This document shows, one piece after another, positions 30,618 through 44,395 of a DNA stretch of 64,000 nucleotides. How positions within the stretch are numbered: the stretch's first letter is position 1; the number at the start of each line of letters is the position of its first letter. This DNA comes from the human T2T-CHM13v2.0 reference genome, Homo sapiens. Under the pieces are notes generated by a model. The model did not search any database. It was not told the DNA's origin and saw nothing but the letters and a program-made list of their open reading frames with translations. Position numbers and translations under genes: made by a program. The DNA is taken from assembly GCF_009914755.1 (NCBI RefSeq), contig NC_060938.1; one strand, given 5' to 3'.

Positions 30618-32531
30618 GAGAGGCTTACCTGGCAGTTCCAGGAACCCCATTGGTTATCTGCCTCACCTGGAGGACCTCATATAGGGCAGTAACTTTTAGG
30701 CCATCTCCCTCCTGGTTTGCAATTTTTGAGTACTCACAGAACCTAAAAGACACTATGCCTTCTCAGACTGACCCCATCACAGGATGAGGGTTATAAAAGT
30801 AGCCTATTTGTTAGCTGTGTTCAAGTAAGAATATTCGACATGCTTTGAATAAATGATACTTTGTCAAGGAATGCTCCATTCATTACCGTTTTCAAAAATT
30901 ATTTGTAAAGGAGCCCATTTCAGCCATTCCCATGGTGGAGTTCACCTTCCCTTGGATGACCTCTTGACCTCTTCATGGTCATTAATAATAGCTATGAGTT
31001 ATTATCTTGGGTATCCTAATCTCTCCAGGTTTTACATTTCTTGTGCTTTAAAGATCTAGCTTCCATGATTAGTCAATGATCAGTTAGGTTGTTCCCTGAG
31101 CATGACTGGCTATGCCACCCCAAGCAAATTTCTCCCACCCTGAGGATGAGCCACTGGTCTCTGATCTCTTGGCTCATATCTGGAAGGCCATGATGGGTGC
31201 TGGACCAGAAGACTAACTCCCTGTACCAGTGGCCAAGCCAACAAAAGTGTATAGCCCCACAATGCACACGCAAGTTCACTGGCGTGGCCTTTACTGGGAG
31301 TAAAGCTCAGAGACAAGCACTCACAGGCATTCTAGATCTCCACTGAAGTTCTGGGAGGCAGGTCACAGGGATCTAGCAGGGCCAGACATCTGATTCTAGT
31401 GAGAGTTTCTCCCCCACAGTGATTGGCATGTGTCAGAGGCTTGGTCTGCAACTCTATCTTATTACAATCCTGGCTGATAGAACACCAGTCCCTCTCAGCA
31501 TGATCACAGGTCAGTTGCAACTATATTACATGGCAGATCCAGTTGACATGAGCTATCACTTCACACTTAAGATGACCTGAACTCAGACGTAGTCCATTTC
31601 CCAAGGAATTTTCCAGGGAGGCACCCTAAAAGGAGTTGGTTTTGGGGAACTTAACCCTTAACTCTCATTTCTTTATGTTCTGTTTTTTAATGTTTATTTG
31701 GATGATTATGTTTAAAACATTTAAGCTGACTTAAAAAAAGCTTATAATATTCATATTGAAATTGGTATTCATATTTTATCAATGGTTGCACATTATCAAT
31801 ATACAAAGATTATATTTGTTACATTTAAAAATGTTAAATGCCATATAATACTTAATATATTAAAAATGTTAAATGCTATATAATATGTAAGTATTGTGAT
31901 AAGTATTACATAGCATTTAACATTTTATAAAGTATAATTATTGTTTATATAGCATTATGATAATTACTATAATAATTATATGAGCCCGTAATAATCACGT
32001 GAGCTTACTTAGGTATCCCAGAAAGATTTATGCCCAAAGGATGGACTTCAGCTCATCATTGAAGTCACACACAGCTATTAACTGGAAACACGATTTAGGT
32101 CAGTAAAGTCAATATTTTGTTTTCATTTACTCATGACCACAATTTTCTGTCAGTAAGTAATAATGTGGTTGAATCTCTCCACTGTGTATATTTTACAGTT
32201 ATATTCAATATTTTTATAAATTTACTGCCAGTCATAAGGATAAGCAGTTTTATAAAGTATCCTTTATAATAGAATTGTAGATAAGACTTGAGTGTATGGA
32301 TCTAATAATAGTTGTTATACATTTAGAGATATTTCTAAATGACACTTTATGATGATTGTGGAAATGCCTGCACTTTTCCATTGTATGATTGGATGTGGTT
32401 ATATCCTTTCTTCCAAATGATTCTGTCATCTAGAAAGCTAGAGATTAAATACCCTATAGGTTTAATAATTACTTAGAGTGTATACTTTCACCTCTGTTCT
32501 CATTCTGTCATTTAATGAATATTTATGGAGC

Positions 32532-32645
32532 TAGTGTGACCAACTGTGCCAGTTTTCCTGGACCTGAGAGGTTTCCTGGGACACAAAACTTTCAGTGCTA
32601 AAACTAGACAAGTCTCAAGCAAACCTAGAAGAGTTGGTCATCCTA
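32532..32645. mobile_element. MER81 hAT-Blackjack MITE
   Basis: 114 bp with TIRs tagtgtgaccaact / agttggtcatccta and central actttcagtgctaaaac. Confidence 0.85.
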
Positions 32646-33082
32646 AGCACCTACTGTGTGTCAGTCATACAAAGAGCCTTATTCTTACACAGCCATGTGC
32701 TAGTGGATTTTTGGATTGTGATAAATGCTAAGTAATAATATATATATATATAAATGGGTTGTAATTTTGATTAGGATGACTAGAAAAGATTCATTAAGAA
32801 GGGTGAATGCGAATAAAAGCATTAAGGAGATAACACATGTGCTGACATCTGGGGAAAAAGGCAAGAAGTCAAAGAAACAGAGTCGCAGAACCTGTGGTGA
32901 GACTGTTTCTGGTGTGTTCTAAGATCATCAAAGAGGGCAACTGGCACAACCCAAATGACTAAGGAGAAATCACTCAGAGATGAGATCAGAAAAGTAAGAA
33001 GGCCAGAAAATATTTGAGCAAATGGATCATTGTAAGGACTTTGGCTTTGGAACCATTTGACCAGAGATATAATGTGCTTTCA

Positions 33083-33427
<345 letters not shown>

Positions 33428-34444
33428 TTAGGAATAGATGATGGGAAAGGGGCAAGAATTAAGAATAGAAACCTGCTAGAAGGCTACTACAGTAAACCAA
33501 ATGAAAGGTGATAGCTTGGGCCAGAGAGATAAACGTGGACGTGATGAAGATGCATCAGAGCCTGAGCACTCTCTGAAGGTAGCCTGGAACAGATTTCCTA
33601 GTGGATTAGACATGATACACAGAGGAAATACAGGAATGAAAGATGACACTAATATTTGACCTACTCAATGGAAATAATTAAGTTGCTTTTTATGAAGATG
33701 AGGAAAACTGAGAGGAATGGTCAAAAGCTCTATTTTAGGCATAATATTTTTGAAATGTCTATTAGATTTGCAAGTCAAGACATTGAGTAGGTAGGTGGCT
33801 ATGCAAGCCTGGAGTTTAAGAGAAAGGAATGAGCCTGTTAGCATTGAAAGCCATGAGGTTAGGTAAGTATAGATATAAAAGAAAAGAGATACAAGATTTA
33901 AGCACTGGGTACTTCAAAATTAAGAAAAAAAAAAAAAGGTCAAAGAGCAGCAGAGAAGTAGGAGGAAAACTAGGAGAGTATGCTATCCTGGCAGCTAAGC
34001 AAGTATCTCGAGGAGAGAGTGATCAATTTTATCTCAGGTTGTGCTGCTGATAGGTGACGCAAGGTAAGAACTAAAGATGGTTTAACAACGCGAAGGTCGG
34101 CTTAGTGATGTGGAGGTCACTGGGGACTTTGAAAAAAAGCAGTTTCAGTGGAAAAGCTTGATTGAAGTGAGTTCAAGAGAGAATTGGAGTAATAAATTGG
34201 AGAGAGTGTGTATATATAAAACTACTGTGGGTTTTGCTGAAAAAGAAAAGAAATAACCAAGACAGTAGCTTGAATTGAAAGCATGATAAGACAGAGAGAG
34301 AGAGAACAATAGCACGTGTGTGTGCTGCTGGGAATGATTCAGATAAAAGAGGAGAAAAGTTGATGAAGAGACAGAGGGAAGGGAAAAAACTTTAAGTGAG
34401 GTTCTTAAGTAGGTGAGAGGGTACAAGTGTTTGGGCAGTATACC

Positions 34445-34926
34445 AGTCATGGCTTTTACTATAAAATAAAAAACCTACTCTAGTAGGATGGAAGGGATTT
34501 TCAAAGACATAAGGACACTCACAGAATTTCTAGGCTGGACAACAGAAATAACATCCAAATTATATTGCAGGACAGCCCCATTAGAAACCTCACTGTTGCA
34601 CTGTTGCTGCACTGACTGCTGTATCAGGCCCGGGATCTGATGGATGGACCATTGGCCTCTCTGATGCACACTAAGCTGTCTACTTCTGCTTGTCAGAGGG
34701 GAAGCTGTGCAATGTCTACTTCACTGTGCCTCTCCTTGCCCAAGAATGGTCTGATAGGGTGAGCTTATGTCATGCAGGTACAAATAGCTGGAAGGAACAT
34801 GAGAATGACATGTATATGACATTTACTTTGGAGAGGTGTGGACTTACATGGAAGAAATTATCCAAACATAGGAAGGATGCTCAAATATATTGAGTGGTCA
34901 AAAATGCATGAAAAATGTCTGCTACA
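34445..34926 (-). mobile_element. Old MLT1-like LTR remnant
   Basis: gtctgatagggtgagcttatgtcatg...aaatgtctgctaca terminus. Degenerate. Confidence 0.4.
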
Positions 34927-36629
34927 GTGTGGCACTGATATTTCAAGGCTTAAAAATGTCCTGAATTTTTAGCAAAGCATAAAGATGTCAAAATGTGTTC
35001 TTGCAAACATACAGATTCATAAAAATAGATTGGTCATTGCTAGAGATTTTCATTTTGTGAAGTCAATGATTTGTCTCTCCTTTCCCTCACTTTGCATATA
35101 TCCATATGTCAATATCAATCTCTATCACTCTATATACATATATGTATATATGCACAAGTACAAATACATACACACACATTTTTTCTGAAATTCACTGGCA
35201 TAAAATGGAATCTGCGCTTAAACATGGATGAATAGCAAAGACCTTAGTAAATTTTATACTGTTCTTCTACATCAACTGACGTAAGCAATTTCATTTGATT
35301 TAAAGTAAACACAACAGGTTAAACCCATTTTCGGATGCAATGTTTCTGCTTGTTTGCTGACTTTATCTTTGAATGATAATTTCTATTTCTAGAGCAATTG
35401 GAAAAATCTGTAGTCATAGTAGATGATTTGCACAAACTAATATATATTAAAAGAAGATTCTTTTTAAACCAACATGTAATCTGAGCAACACCAAATAGCT
35501 GATTATTTCACTCAGCAATTGCGCAACGTGAAATCCTTATTTAAACTTTATCTATTTCTATTTAAAGTCTCCATACCAGCAACTGAATTAATATATTTGC
35601 ATAATAGAATGTCTTTCTTTGGAATAATAAAACCTTATGTTTTATGTATTCAAAACTTTTAAGAAGTCATCTCTTGCTTTTTCCTTCTACCTAAAATAAA
35701 ACTCTAATTAGAATCAAAGTACGCTTTTTGATAGAATATTTAGCATTACTTGAGCAGTGGATTTATCACATTCTCAAATAAAATATTGAAGAGTCAATAT
35801 ATCATTCTGGGTTCTAACTTAAAAGTTAATGAATTTTCTTCTGTAGATAAATTCACTCTACAGCTTCAGTTAACTCACATACATCTATCCAGAAGCAATC
35901 AGACATTGTAGGATCAAAGAAGTGAAGTTCTGTAAACACCCAGACTTCATTCCATGTATACACTTCAGTGAGTGACTTAAGCAGGGTTTAGCTATTTGGA
36001 TAGCCATTCTCTACTGAGGGAAGCTCTGTGCTCAAAGACAAACCGACGTCTATCCTCCCCGATGACTCCCAGAGACTAGAGATTATATATTAGCTATAGT
36101 TATACCCCAAAGCAGATTGTTACTCCAAAAATTAACTACAGGAGGTGTAAGCCAAATCTTACCAGAATAAGCAACCAAGGTGAAAACTGGACTAGGCTGG
36201 ACAAATAAATATCAAAATATGTCAGCTGGAGAGGAATAGAAATTAGGAAAAGGCTAGGAGGGCCAACATCCATTCAGAACTCTAAAAATTCCAAAATCTA
36301 CAAAACTTTGAAAGTCTGTTTGCCACATCTCTATCTTTCATCCAAGTGATATGAAGACCTTTACTATATGAAAATGTTCCCAGTTCCAGCTTACATACAC
36401 AAACACGCACACACGCTTCACTCCATGAAATTTAGCCATTTATATATATTAAACAAACGCCCTCCAAGAGATTTAAAAGACTTAGGCAACCATGGTTGGC
36501 TATCATGGCTTAAGTAGTAAATTATTTTTATCGGTTTGCTTTTGTTTGTTCATTTTTCCCATATTTATTTATAATGAAGTTCAAGTAACTGTTAGGAACT
36601 TTGAAGAATTTTAGGAATGGCCAGAAGAA

Positions 36630-36840
36630 AAAACTAAGGACTTTTAGACTCAGAAGACTCTAGGTATGAATCATGACTCCACCGTCATTAATTAATCATG
36701 GCCTAATCTCTGTGTCTGAAATTCTGTGTCTGAAACATCACAGATAATAATGCCTCACGTAGAGAGTGGGCAGAAGATGAAATTGGGTCATGTATGTTAG
36801 TAAGGTAACTGGCATATCATAGGTGCCAAATTAAAAGTTA
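36630..36840 (+). mobile_element. MIR
   Basis: ttttagactcagaagactctaggtatgaatcatgactcc...gataataatgcctcacgtagag...tggcatatcataggtgc. Confidence 0.7.
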
Positions 36841-37499
36841 ATTGTTTTTCATTCAACCTGCCCTCTGGAAATGGAAACTTGGAGGAGGGTATAGGACATG
36901 TAAAGAAAACATTCAATTACAGTATGACAATTTCTAGTAGACAACTGTGATGTGGAGATTAAAGAGGTGCACAAAAGGTAGAATGGCCAATTCTCTTCAG
37001 GGACAGCTTCTTGATTTGTTTTTTGAAATACAAACATGTTCATCAGGAGGACAATATTTAGTTGAGATCTTTCATACCTTAGAAATGGTAACATGTTTGT
37101 TTCAATGAGAGCTCTAAAATGGAGAAGGGAAAGATAGTGACACAAACATTTTTTTAAGTGCCCTGGAGGTTGGGTGGAGTTGAGGGAGGCATTCTATAAG
37201 CAGATATCAAGACTGAGAACACCTTAATTTATTCATTCAATACTTATTGGGCATCTCTCATGGCCAAGCATGTGCTAGGAATCCATTATTGAATGTAGAA
37301 CACATTAATTATTTAGGAGCTAGATGCTGGGGTTCCAGGGGAGCAGAGACCATTAAGAACCCTGATTTTATTAGAACAAATTCTGTCTAATGGCCAAGCA
37401 TCTGCCCTTAAAAGGTTGGAATCTTTCAGGTCAGCATTATTTATGCATATGACTTATATACACACTAATATACCCATCCCATCCCACGTATGAACACAC

Positions 37500-37797
37500 T
37501 TTTTTTTTTTTTGACACCAGCTTTCGACCTGTCACTGAGGCTGGAGTGCAGTGGCATGATAATACCTAACTACAGACTCAAATTCCTGAGCTCAAGTCAT
37601 CCTCTTGCCTCAGCCTCCCAAGTAGCTGAGACCACAGGTACACACCACCATGCCTGGCTAATTTTTTATTTTATTTTTTGTAGAGATGGGGGTCCCACTG
37701 TGATACCCAGGCTGGTCTTGAACTCCTGAGCTCAAGTGATCCTCCTGCCTGAGTCTACAAAAATACTGGGATTACAAGTGTGGACCAACATGCCTAG
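37500..37797 (-). mobile_element. AluJ
   Basis: Poly-T followed by ...ggctggagtgcagtggcatgat...catgcctagc. Flanked on both sides by cacactttt. Confidence 0.9.
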
Positions 37798-37852
37798 CAC
37801 ACTTTTTTTTTTTTTTTTTACAACCAGAAAGGAGATCAAGGTATCAAGTATA

Positions 37853-38140
37853 GGCTGGGTGCCCAGTGGTTCATGCCTATAATCCCAGTACTTTGGGAAG
37901 CTGAAGTGGAAGAATAGCTTGAACACAGGAGTTCAAAACCAGCCTAGGCAACATAGTGAGACCCAATTCCTACAAAAAATAAACAAAATTAACTGAGCAT
38001 GGTGGTGTGTGCCTGTACACCCAGCTACTTAGGAGGCTGAGGTGGGAGGACCCCTTGAGCCCAGGAGGCTTCAGTGAGCCATGATCACACCACTACACTC
38101 CAGACTGGGTGACAGAGTGAGACCCTGTCTGAAAAAAAAT
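37853..38140 (+). mobile_element. AluJ
   Basis: TSD AGGTATCAAGTATA (37839-37852) / AGGTATTAAGTATA (38141-38154). Confidence 0.92.
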
Positions 38141-38225
38141 AGGTATTAAGTATAGAGTTTTCATTGCTTCATCCTGTACTCAGGTCTAAGAACAGAACCT
38201 CAGGAGGTACCAACAGTTAAGAGTA

Positions 38226-38657
38226 CTAGTAGCCCTTGAACAACGTGGGTTTAAACTTCACGGGTCCACTTATATGCATTTTTTTCTGCCTCCCCTGAGA
38301 GAGGAAGACCAATCCCTTCTCTTCCTCCTCCTCCTCAGCCTACTCAACATGAAGGTGCTGAGAAACAAGATCTTCATGATAATCCAATTCCACTTAATGG
38401 GTAGTAAATATATTTTCTTTTTCTTATGATTTTCTTAATAACATTTTCTTTTCTTTAGTTTATTGAACGAATACAGTATAGAATACATATAACATACAAA
38501 ATGTTATCACCAATTGTTATTTATTAGTAAGGCTTCTGGTCAACAGTAGGTTATTGGTAGTTACAGTTTTACCTTTTCAAGTCAAAAGTTATGTGTAGAT
38601 TTTCAACTGTGTAGACCGTTGGTGTCCCTAACTCACATGTTGTTCAAGGGTAGACTA
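38226..38657 (+). mobile_element. Tigger2a (MER28)-like TcMar DNA transposon
   Basis: TIR cores cccttgaacaac / gttgttcaaggg and internal cctcctcctcagcctactcaacatgaag. Confidence 0.85.
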
Positions 38658-38967
38658 TGCGTGCGTGTGTGTGTGTGTGTCTATATATAGACACACACAC
38701 ATATATAATGTGTGCATATATGTATATTAAATATGACATATATAATATACACAAATATATAGTTATTGCTACCATTGTAGGGTGAGAAAAGGAACAGTGA
38801 AGGAATTAACAGTGAAGGAATTAAAAATTCTAAAACAGAAAAAAATACTACTGAGAGTGCCAGTCCACGATGAGATATAAAGCAAGTGCCACAAATGCTA
38901 AAAGTAAATCAAAACACTAATTTCTTTATTTCTATATCAAGAAAGTGTTGTTACTACGAATGCCAGG

Positions 38968-39078
38968 AAAGAAGAAAGGAAGGGAAGAAGGGAGGGAGGG
39001 AGGGAGGGAGGGAGGGAAGGTAGGAAGGAAGGAAGGAAGGAAGGAAGGAAGGAAGGAAGGAAGGAAGGAAGGAAGGAA
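38968..39078 (+). repeat. Polypurine (GGGA)n-(GGAA)14 microsatellite
   Basis: 14 consecutive GGAA at 39023-39078, preceded by GGGA units. Confidence 0.95.
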
Positions 39079-40645
39079 AAAAAAAACAAAAGAGCTGAAC
39101 TAAACAAAGTTCACTAACATTTTGGCACTAGCTCACTGTCTTATCATGAACTGATAGTAAGAAGTTTGCAGACCAGCCATCAATGCACTAACCCCATTTT
39201 GAGTAACATAGCATTGGAGAATAAGAGAAGAGGAAGTTTTAAGGAGAGATGGATGGTTAGCCTTGTAAAATACTGCGTATTTCAGGCAAGATGTGGACTA
39301 AGGAAATGTCATCTTAGATGGTAGATGAAGCCTGGAAACTTTTGAAATAACAGTTTGGGGAGAGAAGTAATGTAACAGGTTGGTTACTGAAAAGAATAAA
39401 AACTTGTGTGACATTCAGCTCTATGTCTTCAGCTTCTTGCCATGATGCCTCGTGGCTGATAAACATTAATTATTCAGCAAGTATTTGTTGAGTGTAGTAG
39501 TAAAGAAATTAGTAGGTAGAAAATGGAGACAATAGCAACATATAAGTCACAATTTTGAGGAACATGACTGAGAACAGGAGGAGGCAATACTCCAAGTTTA
39601 GAATGATTTAAGTCCTCTTGATGCAAGCATTTTTAAGCACGGTGGGAACAGAGGAAGTGACCAAATATAAAATCTGAAGCTGAAAATGGAGTGGGGATAT
39701 GAAGATGAAATGCGTGGAGGGATGAAGTGAAAGAGTTGGAAGAATGAAAGGAGATAATTGAGTCTGTTATTACTCTGCGTTTGTTATTTGCTAAGCTACC
39801 CAAAAAATGTTTAAGAAAATTGGCCAACCGTGATTCTACATTCCCCAAATACTATATCTTAGAAATATGACAATAGACTAATTATAATCATTATAACTAT
39901 ACTGGTCAGAGGAAAATTCATGACACCACCACCCCCACCATCCCTGCACACCTGCACACACCTGCACATAAACCCGTACTGGTGAGCTAGCGTTGGTAAT
40001 GGTCCAATAGGATGTGTTACAAAATACAACTTCAACCATGCAAGGCAAACAGGGCAGATTTTGAGCCACAAAGAGCTTGCTTATTCAACACAGAGTGAAT
40101 ATACAGGTAAATAGCTGAAATGCCTTATTTGCATCTGAGTAACTAATGTGTCCTGCATTTAAGAATAGACCCCAGAACTGATTATAGGTAAATTTCCAGC
40201 TTACTGTTTTGACTTAAGTCAGAAAGCCCCCAAATCTTGGTCTTGAAATCACATCTGAGTGAGGAATAAAATCTAACAGTTTAAGGACACAAAATAACAT
40301 GATTCTGGATCACAGCCTGCACCAAGAACTCACTTTACTAGCGATCAGATTTTATCATCTCTTTATGTATCTCACAATGAGAAAATGGCAGTGTTATTTG
40401 CAGTAGTAGCATCTTCTCCCCTGTAATGGCATTCATGTAGAAGTACTATAGGACTATAGGGTACATAAATGAATTTTTAAGTGGTAGAAAAATGTCTCCA
40501 ATAACAGAAACCATCCTAAAATAAAGATTAATGACTTAGCAAAAGAAGGTCAAGAGCTGCTTTAGAAAAAGTTGGTCTCATATTGTTAGACAGGAGTTTC
40601 CAGTCTTTTTTTAGCATATGCATAAGCTAAAAGAACTTTGACATT

Positions 40646-40746
40646 CATATATATGTGTGTGTGTATATAGATACATATATATCTGTATATCTATATATGT
40701 ATATATACATATGTGTGCATGTATGTGTGTGTGTATATATATATAA
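40646..40746. repeat. Mixed (TA)n/(TG)n microsatellite
   Basis: Direct reading. Confidence 0.85.
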
Positions 40747-41165
40747 TATCAGACTGATCCTAATTAGCATTGCTTCCAGAGATTAATAAAAAAGTATGAA
40801 AATAACATAGTTTAGCAATTCCATGGTCACCTCTGAATGCTTTGGGATTATTTATTTATACGTCATTTATACCTACCTGAAATCCTTCTTGAAGATAGCA
40901 TATTCCTTTTTTTCTTAAACCCCCTATTTTGTTCTCTGAAGATCTTGAAATGTCTGGATTTTTCATTATGAGTTAGTATTATTGTAGTTATGGAGTCTCT
41001 TCAACAACCTAACTTCATGTTATTGTTACAGACAGCAAAGAAGCTTGTAACATAATGCTGTGAGTAGAATTTACATGATTTTCCTTGCCTTTAATCTACA
41101 TTAATTATTCAAGAATATGTATGTTAACTAAATTGATTGATTAAGGAGTATATTTTGAAAGGTTC

Positions 41166-41526
41166 TGTATTAGTCCTGTTTTCATGCTGCTGATAAAGAC
41201 ATACCACAGACTGGGTAATTTATCAGGAAAAAGGGTTTATAGGACTCAAAGTTCCACGTGGCTGGGGAAGCTGAAGTCTCACAATCATGGCAGAAGGCAA
41301 CGAGGAGCAGCTCACATCTTACGTGGATGACAGCAGGCAAAGAGAGAGCTTGTGCAGGGAAATTCCGCCATATAAAGTCATCAGATCTCGTGAGACTTAT
41401 TCAATATCATGGGAACAGCACGAGAAAGACCTGCCCCCATAATTTAATCATCTCCCACCAGGTCCCTCCCACAACATATGGGAATTCAAGATGAGATTTG
41501 GGTGGGGACACAGCCAAACCATATCA
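41166..41526 (-). mobile_element. THE1 (A/B-like) solo LTR
   Basis: tgtattagtcc...ttttcatgctgctgataaagacata...gacacagccaaaccatatca. Confidence 0.93.
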
Positions 41527-41574
41527 GGTGTCTTTTAAAATCAGATTAACACAGTCATTGAAGTAGCAAGTGTT

Positions 41575-41705
41575 CTTTTCTCCCTCTCTCCCTCTTCCTT
41601 TTTCTTTTCCTTTTATTTCCTTCCTTCCTTCCTTCCTTCCTTCCTTTCTCTCTTTCTCTCTCTCTCTCTGTCTCTCTCTCTCGCTCTTTCTTTTTCTTTA
41701 CTTCC
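41575..41705. repeat. CT-rich low-complexity tract ((TTCC)n, (CT)n)
   Basis: Direct reading. Confidence 0.85.
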
Positions 41706-43639
41706 TGTTTATTGTATTCAGAAAGTAGCAGCCTGGGGAAGTACCAGTGGTGAGGCAAAAGACAGTCATAGAAGACATTGAATGCATCACATAGTTTTCA
41801 GCTTAGAAAAGCTATATTAAACAACTTTATGAAAGGAAAACTCATTTGCCAAAAATCAAGAAAATTTCATGGCTTTTTTTCTGTGTTCTGCCATTTGACT
41901 AGAAATGAGAGCAAGGAAAATATTCTTGCCTGTACTGGAAAACTTACAATCAAAGATAGTAACAGTCTAGTCTTGCATTGACATTTTGAGTAAGGGTTAC
42001 AGAATAGGTAACACTTCTGATCACAGAGCTTTCCCAAGAAGAGTACTGTGGGAAAGAGAAAACAGCCAAAATGTTCATGTGGCTCTTAAATATTAATTAG
42101 AATTTTGATATTACTGAGACATGGTAATGTTTTGCAAATGAAAGGGGTAGACACAAGAAATATTAAGTAATTTGCTTCAAGTCTCAATACTATTTTATCA
42201 CCAGAACTAGAAGTACAATCTTTTCACTCATTAACTTAAAAATTATCTTTTGTGAAATTTGCATTTTATTATTTTCAGAATCATTGTGAGTTCCTTTATC
42301 CTTTGAATTTTTCATTCTTGATTTTTAAATGCATACTTCATTGAGCAGAATAGTTTCTAATACTAGTCTTGAGAATCATATTTAGGGGGTATATTTTCTG
42401 AACATTTACATAATTTTCTTGTACCTTTTACTTGAATAGCTCTGTACATATTTCTTTCAGCTTCTGTCTTTCAAAATTCTGTAGATACCACTTCATAAAT
42501 TTATGACTTTTAATCATTCTGAATGTGATTCCTCTGTAGGCATTTTGTATTTACTAACTGAATGCTTGAAAGATTAATTTTTTTCTTTTTCCTTAAAATT
42601 CAAAAATGTATCTAGGTCATAGATTGGCATTGTCACCATTGTGTTAATTTTTTGTAGTGAGTTTTTAAATATTCTCATGAAAGCTTTTCATCAGCCCTGA
42701 AAAAAATAAGTGTTTTTGAGTGCATTTTTGAATGATACTTCTCATCCAATTGTCCTAGTGATGTATCGTTACATTTCCTCTTATTTATTCACTGTTTTTA
42801 TTTACATTCTAGAGGAGTTTTCTTCTAAGTTTTTCTTTACTTCTTTGATACCTTTTCCTTTCCTCTTATGTCTTTTATGTTTGTGGATGGATAAACTTTA
42901 TAAATCTGTTACTCTATACTAATCTCCATTTCAATCTTTTTAAAAAATTCTTCCCAGATAGATTGTCTAATTTCAGCTTCTTGTTATCTCCTTATAATTT
43001 CTTGAATTTATTGTGATAACATTCAATTGCATCAATATTCAGTAAGTCAAGCATATATCTTCTCTAATTTTCATCAGTTTCTTTTAGCCAATGAATCTCA
43101 GCTGCATGCTCTTCAGAGAGACATTCTTTGGTGGAAATATCTGGACAATATTTGTTATCTATTTTTTTTACTATCATTTCAAAGGCCTAGCATAGGTCTA
43201 TTTTCCATGTACATATGGCATGAGGCCTGTTCAGCTTTCGGCAATGTGCCAGCTGGTGGAGTACCTTTAGCTCTTCTTATTGTGTGTGTGAACATGGGAA
43301 GCTTCGCCTCCTCAGCTCCATCTCCCAAGGTAAGACTATTTATGCCTAATAGTCTTCCATTCATGTTAGCTGCCTGGTGCATCTTCTCTGGGTTGGATTT
43401 TTCAGTTCTCTGACTTATCTTTGACAGATAGATATAGGTGTTCGCCATCCAGTGTAAATTGTTCCTGGCGTTCTTATCACCAGCTTTAATTATAATGCTT
43501 TCCTTAGCCCCTAAGCATCATAGGATAGGGTGCCTACGTTTATCCCTATCTACTTTTTAACCCATGCTGCCTGTTGACAGCTGGAATTAAAAAATCAAAA
43601 AATCAGTCATTTACATTAGTATGATGTCTGTATATCTAT

Positions 43640-44395
43640 TTTATATTTGGCTTATATGACAATGCCGTGCTAGTTATCTTGTTGCTCACATTGTCCTAAC
43701 TTTGTCCATTGGGAGTTCTTTTAATTATTTGATTTTTAATTTTTGTGGGTACACAGTACATATATATATTTATGGAGTATATGAAATATTTGAGTATTCA
43801 TCTCAAGCATTTACCTTTTGTGTTACAAACAATCCAATTATACTCTTTAGTTATCTTTTAAAGCACCATTAAATTATTATTGACTATAATCCTCTCATTG
43901 TGCTATGAAATACTAGGTCTCCTTCATTCTTTCTGTTGTTTGTTTGTTTTTCTTTTTTCCGATTAACAATCCCCACCTCCCTCTTCACTGCCCCCGGCAA
44001 CTACACTTCCCAGCCTCTGGTAACCATCCTTCTGCTCTCTATCTCTATGAGGTCAATTGTTTTGATTTTTAGATTCAACAAATAAGTGAATGCACACTAT
44101 GTTTGTCTTTCTGTGCCTGCTTATTTCACTGAAGTAATGACGCCCAGTTCCATCTATGTTGTTGCCTCCTGCATCCCTCTGATATACATACAGTCGTGTG
44201 TGTGTGTGTGTGTGTTTGTGTGTGTGTGTTTTCTTTCTGAGGACTTTCCTACTTTCTGGCACTACCAGTTTCCTGAGGTTTACCTTGTGTATTTTCTTCC
44301 GTAACTCTAGAATCAGCCATTTTTCCAAGAAGCTGTGGTTCCTTTTATTAGAGAAAAATATTTAAGATGTAAAATATGAATGCTGGGAATATCTT
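43640..44395 (-). mobile_element. L1MC-like fragment split by an L1MA 3' end (43727-44170) and (TG)n
   Basis: L1MA: ttttgtgggtacacagt...ttacaaacaatccaattatactc. L1MC-like: ttgttgctcacattgtcctaactttgtccattggg ... agaatcagccatttttccaagaagc. Confidence 0.75.
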
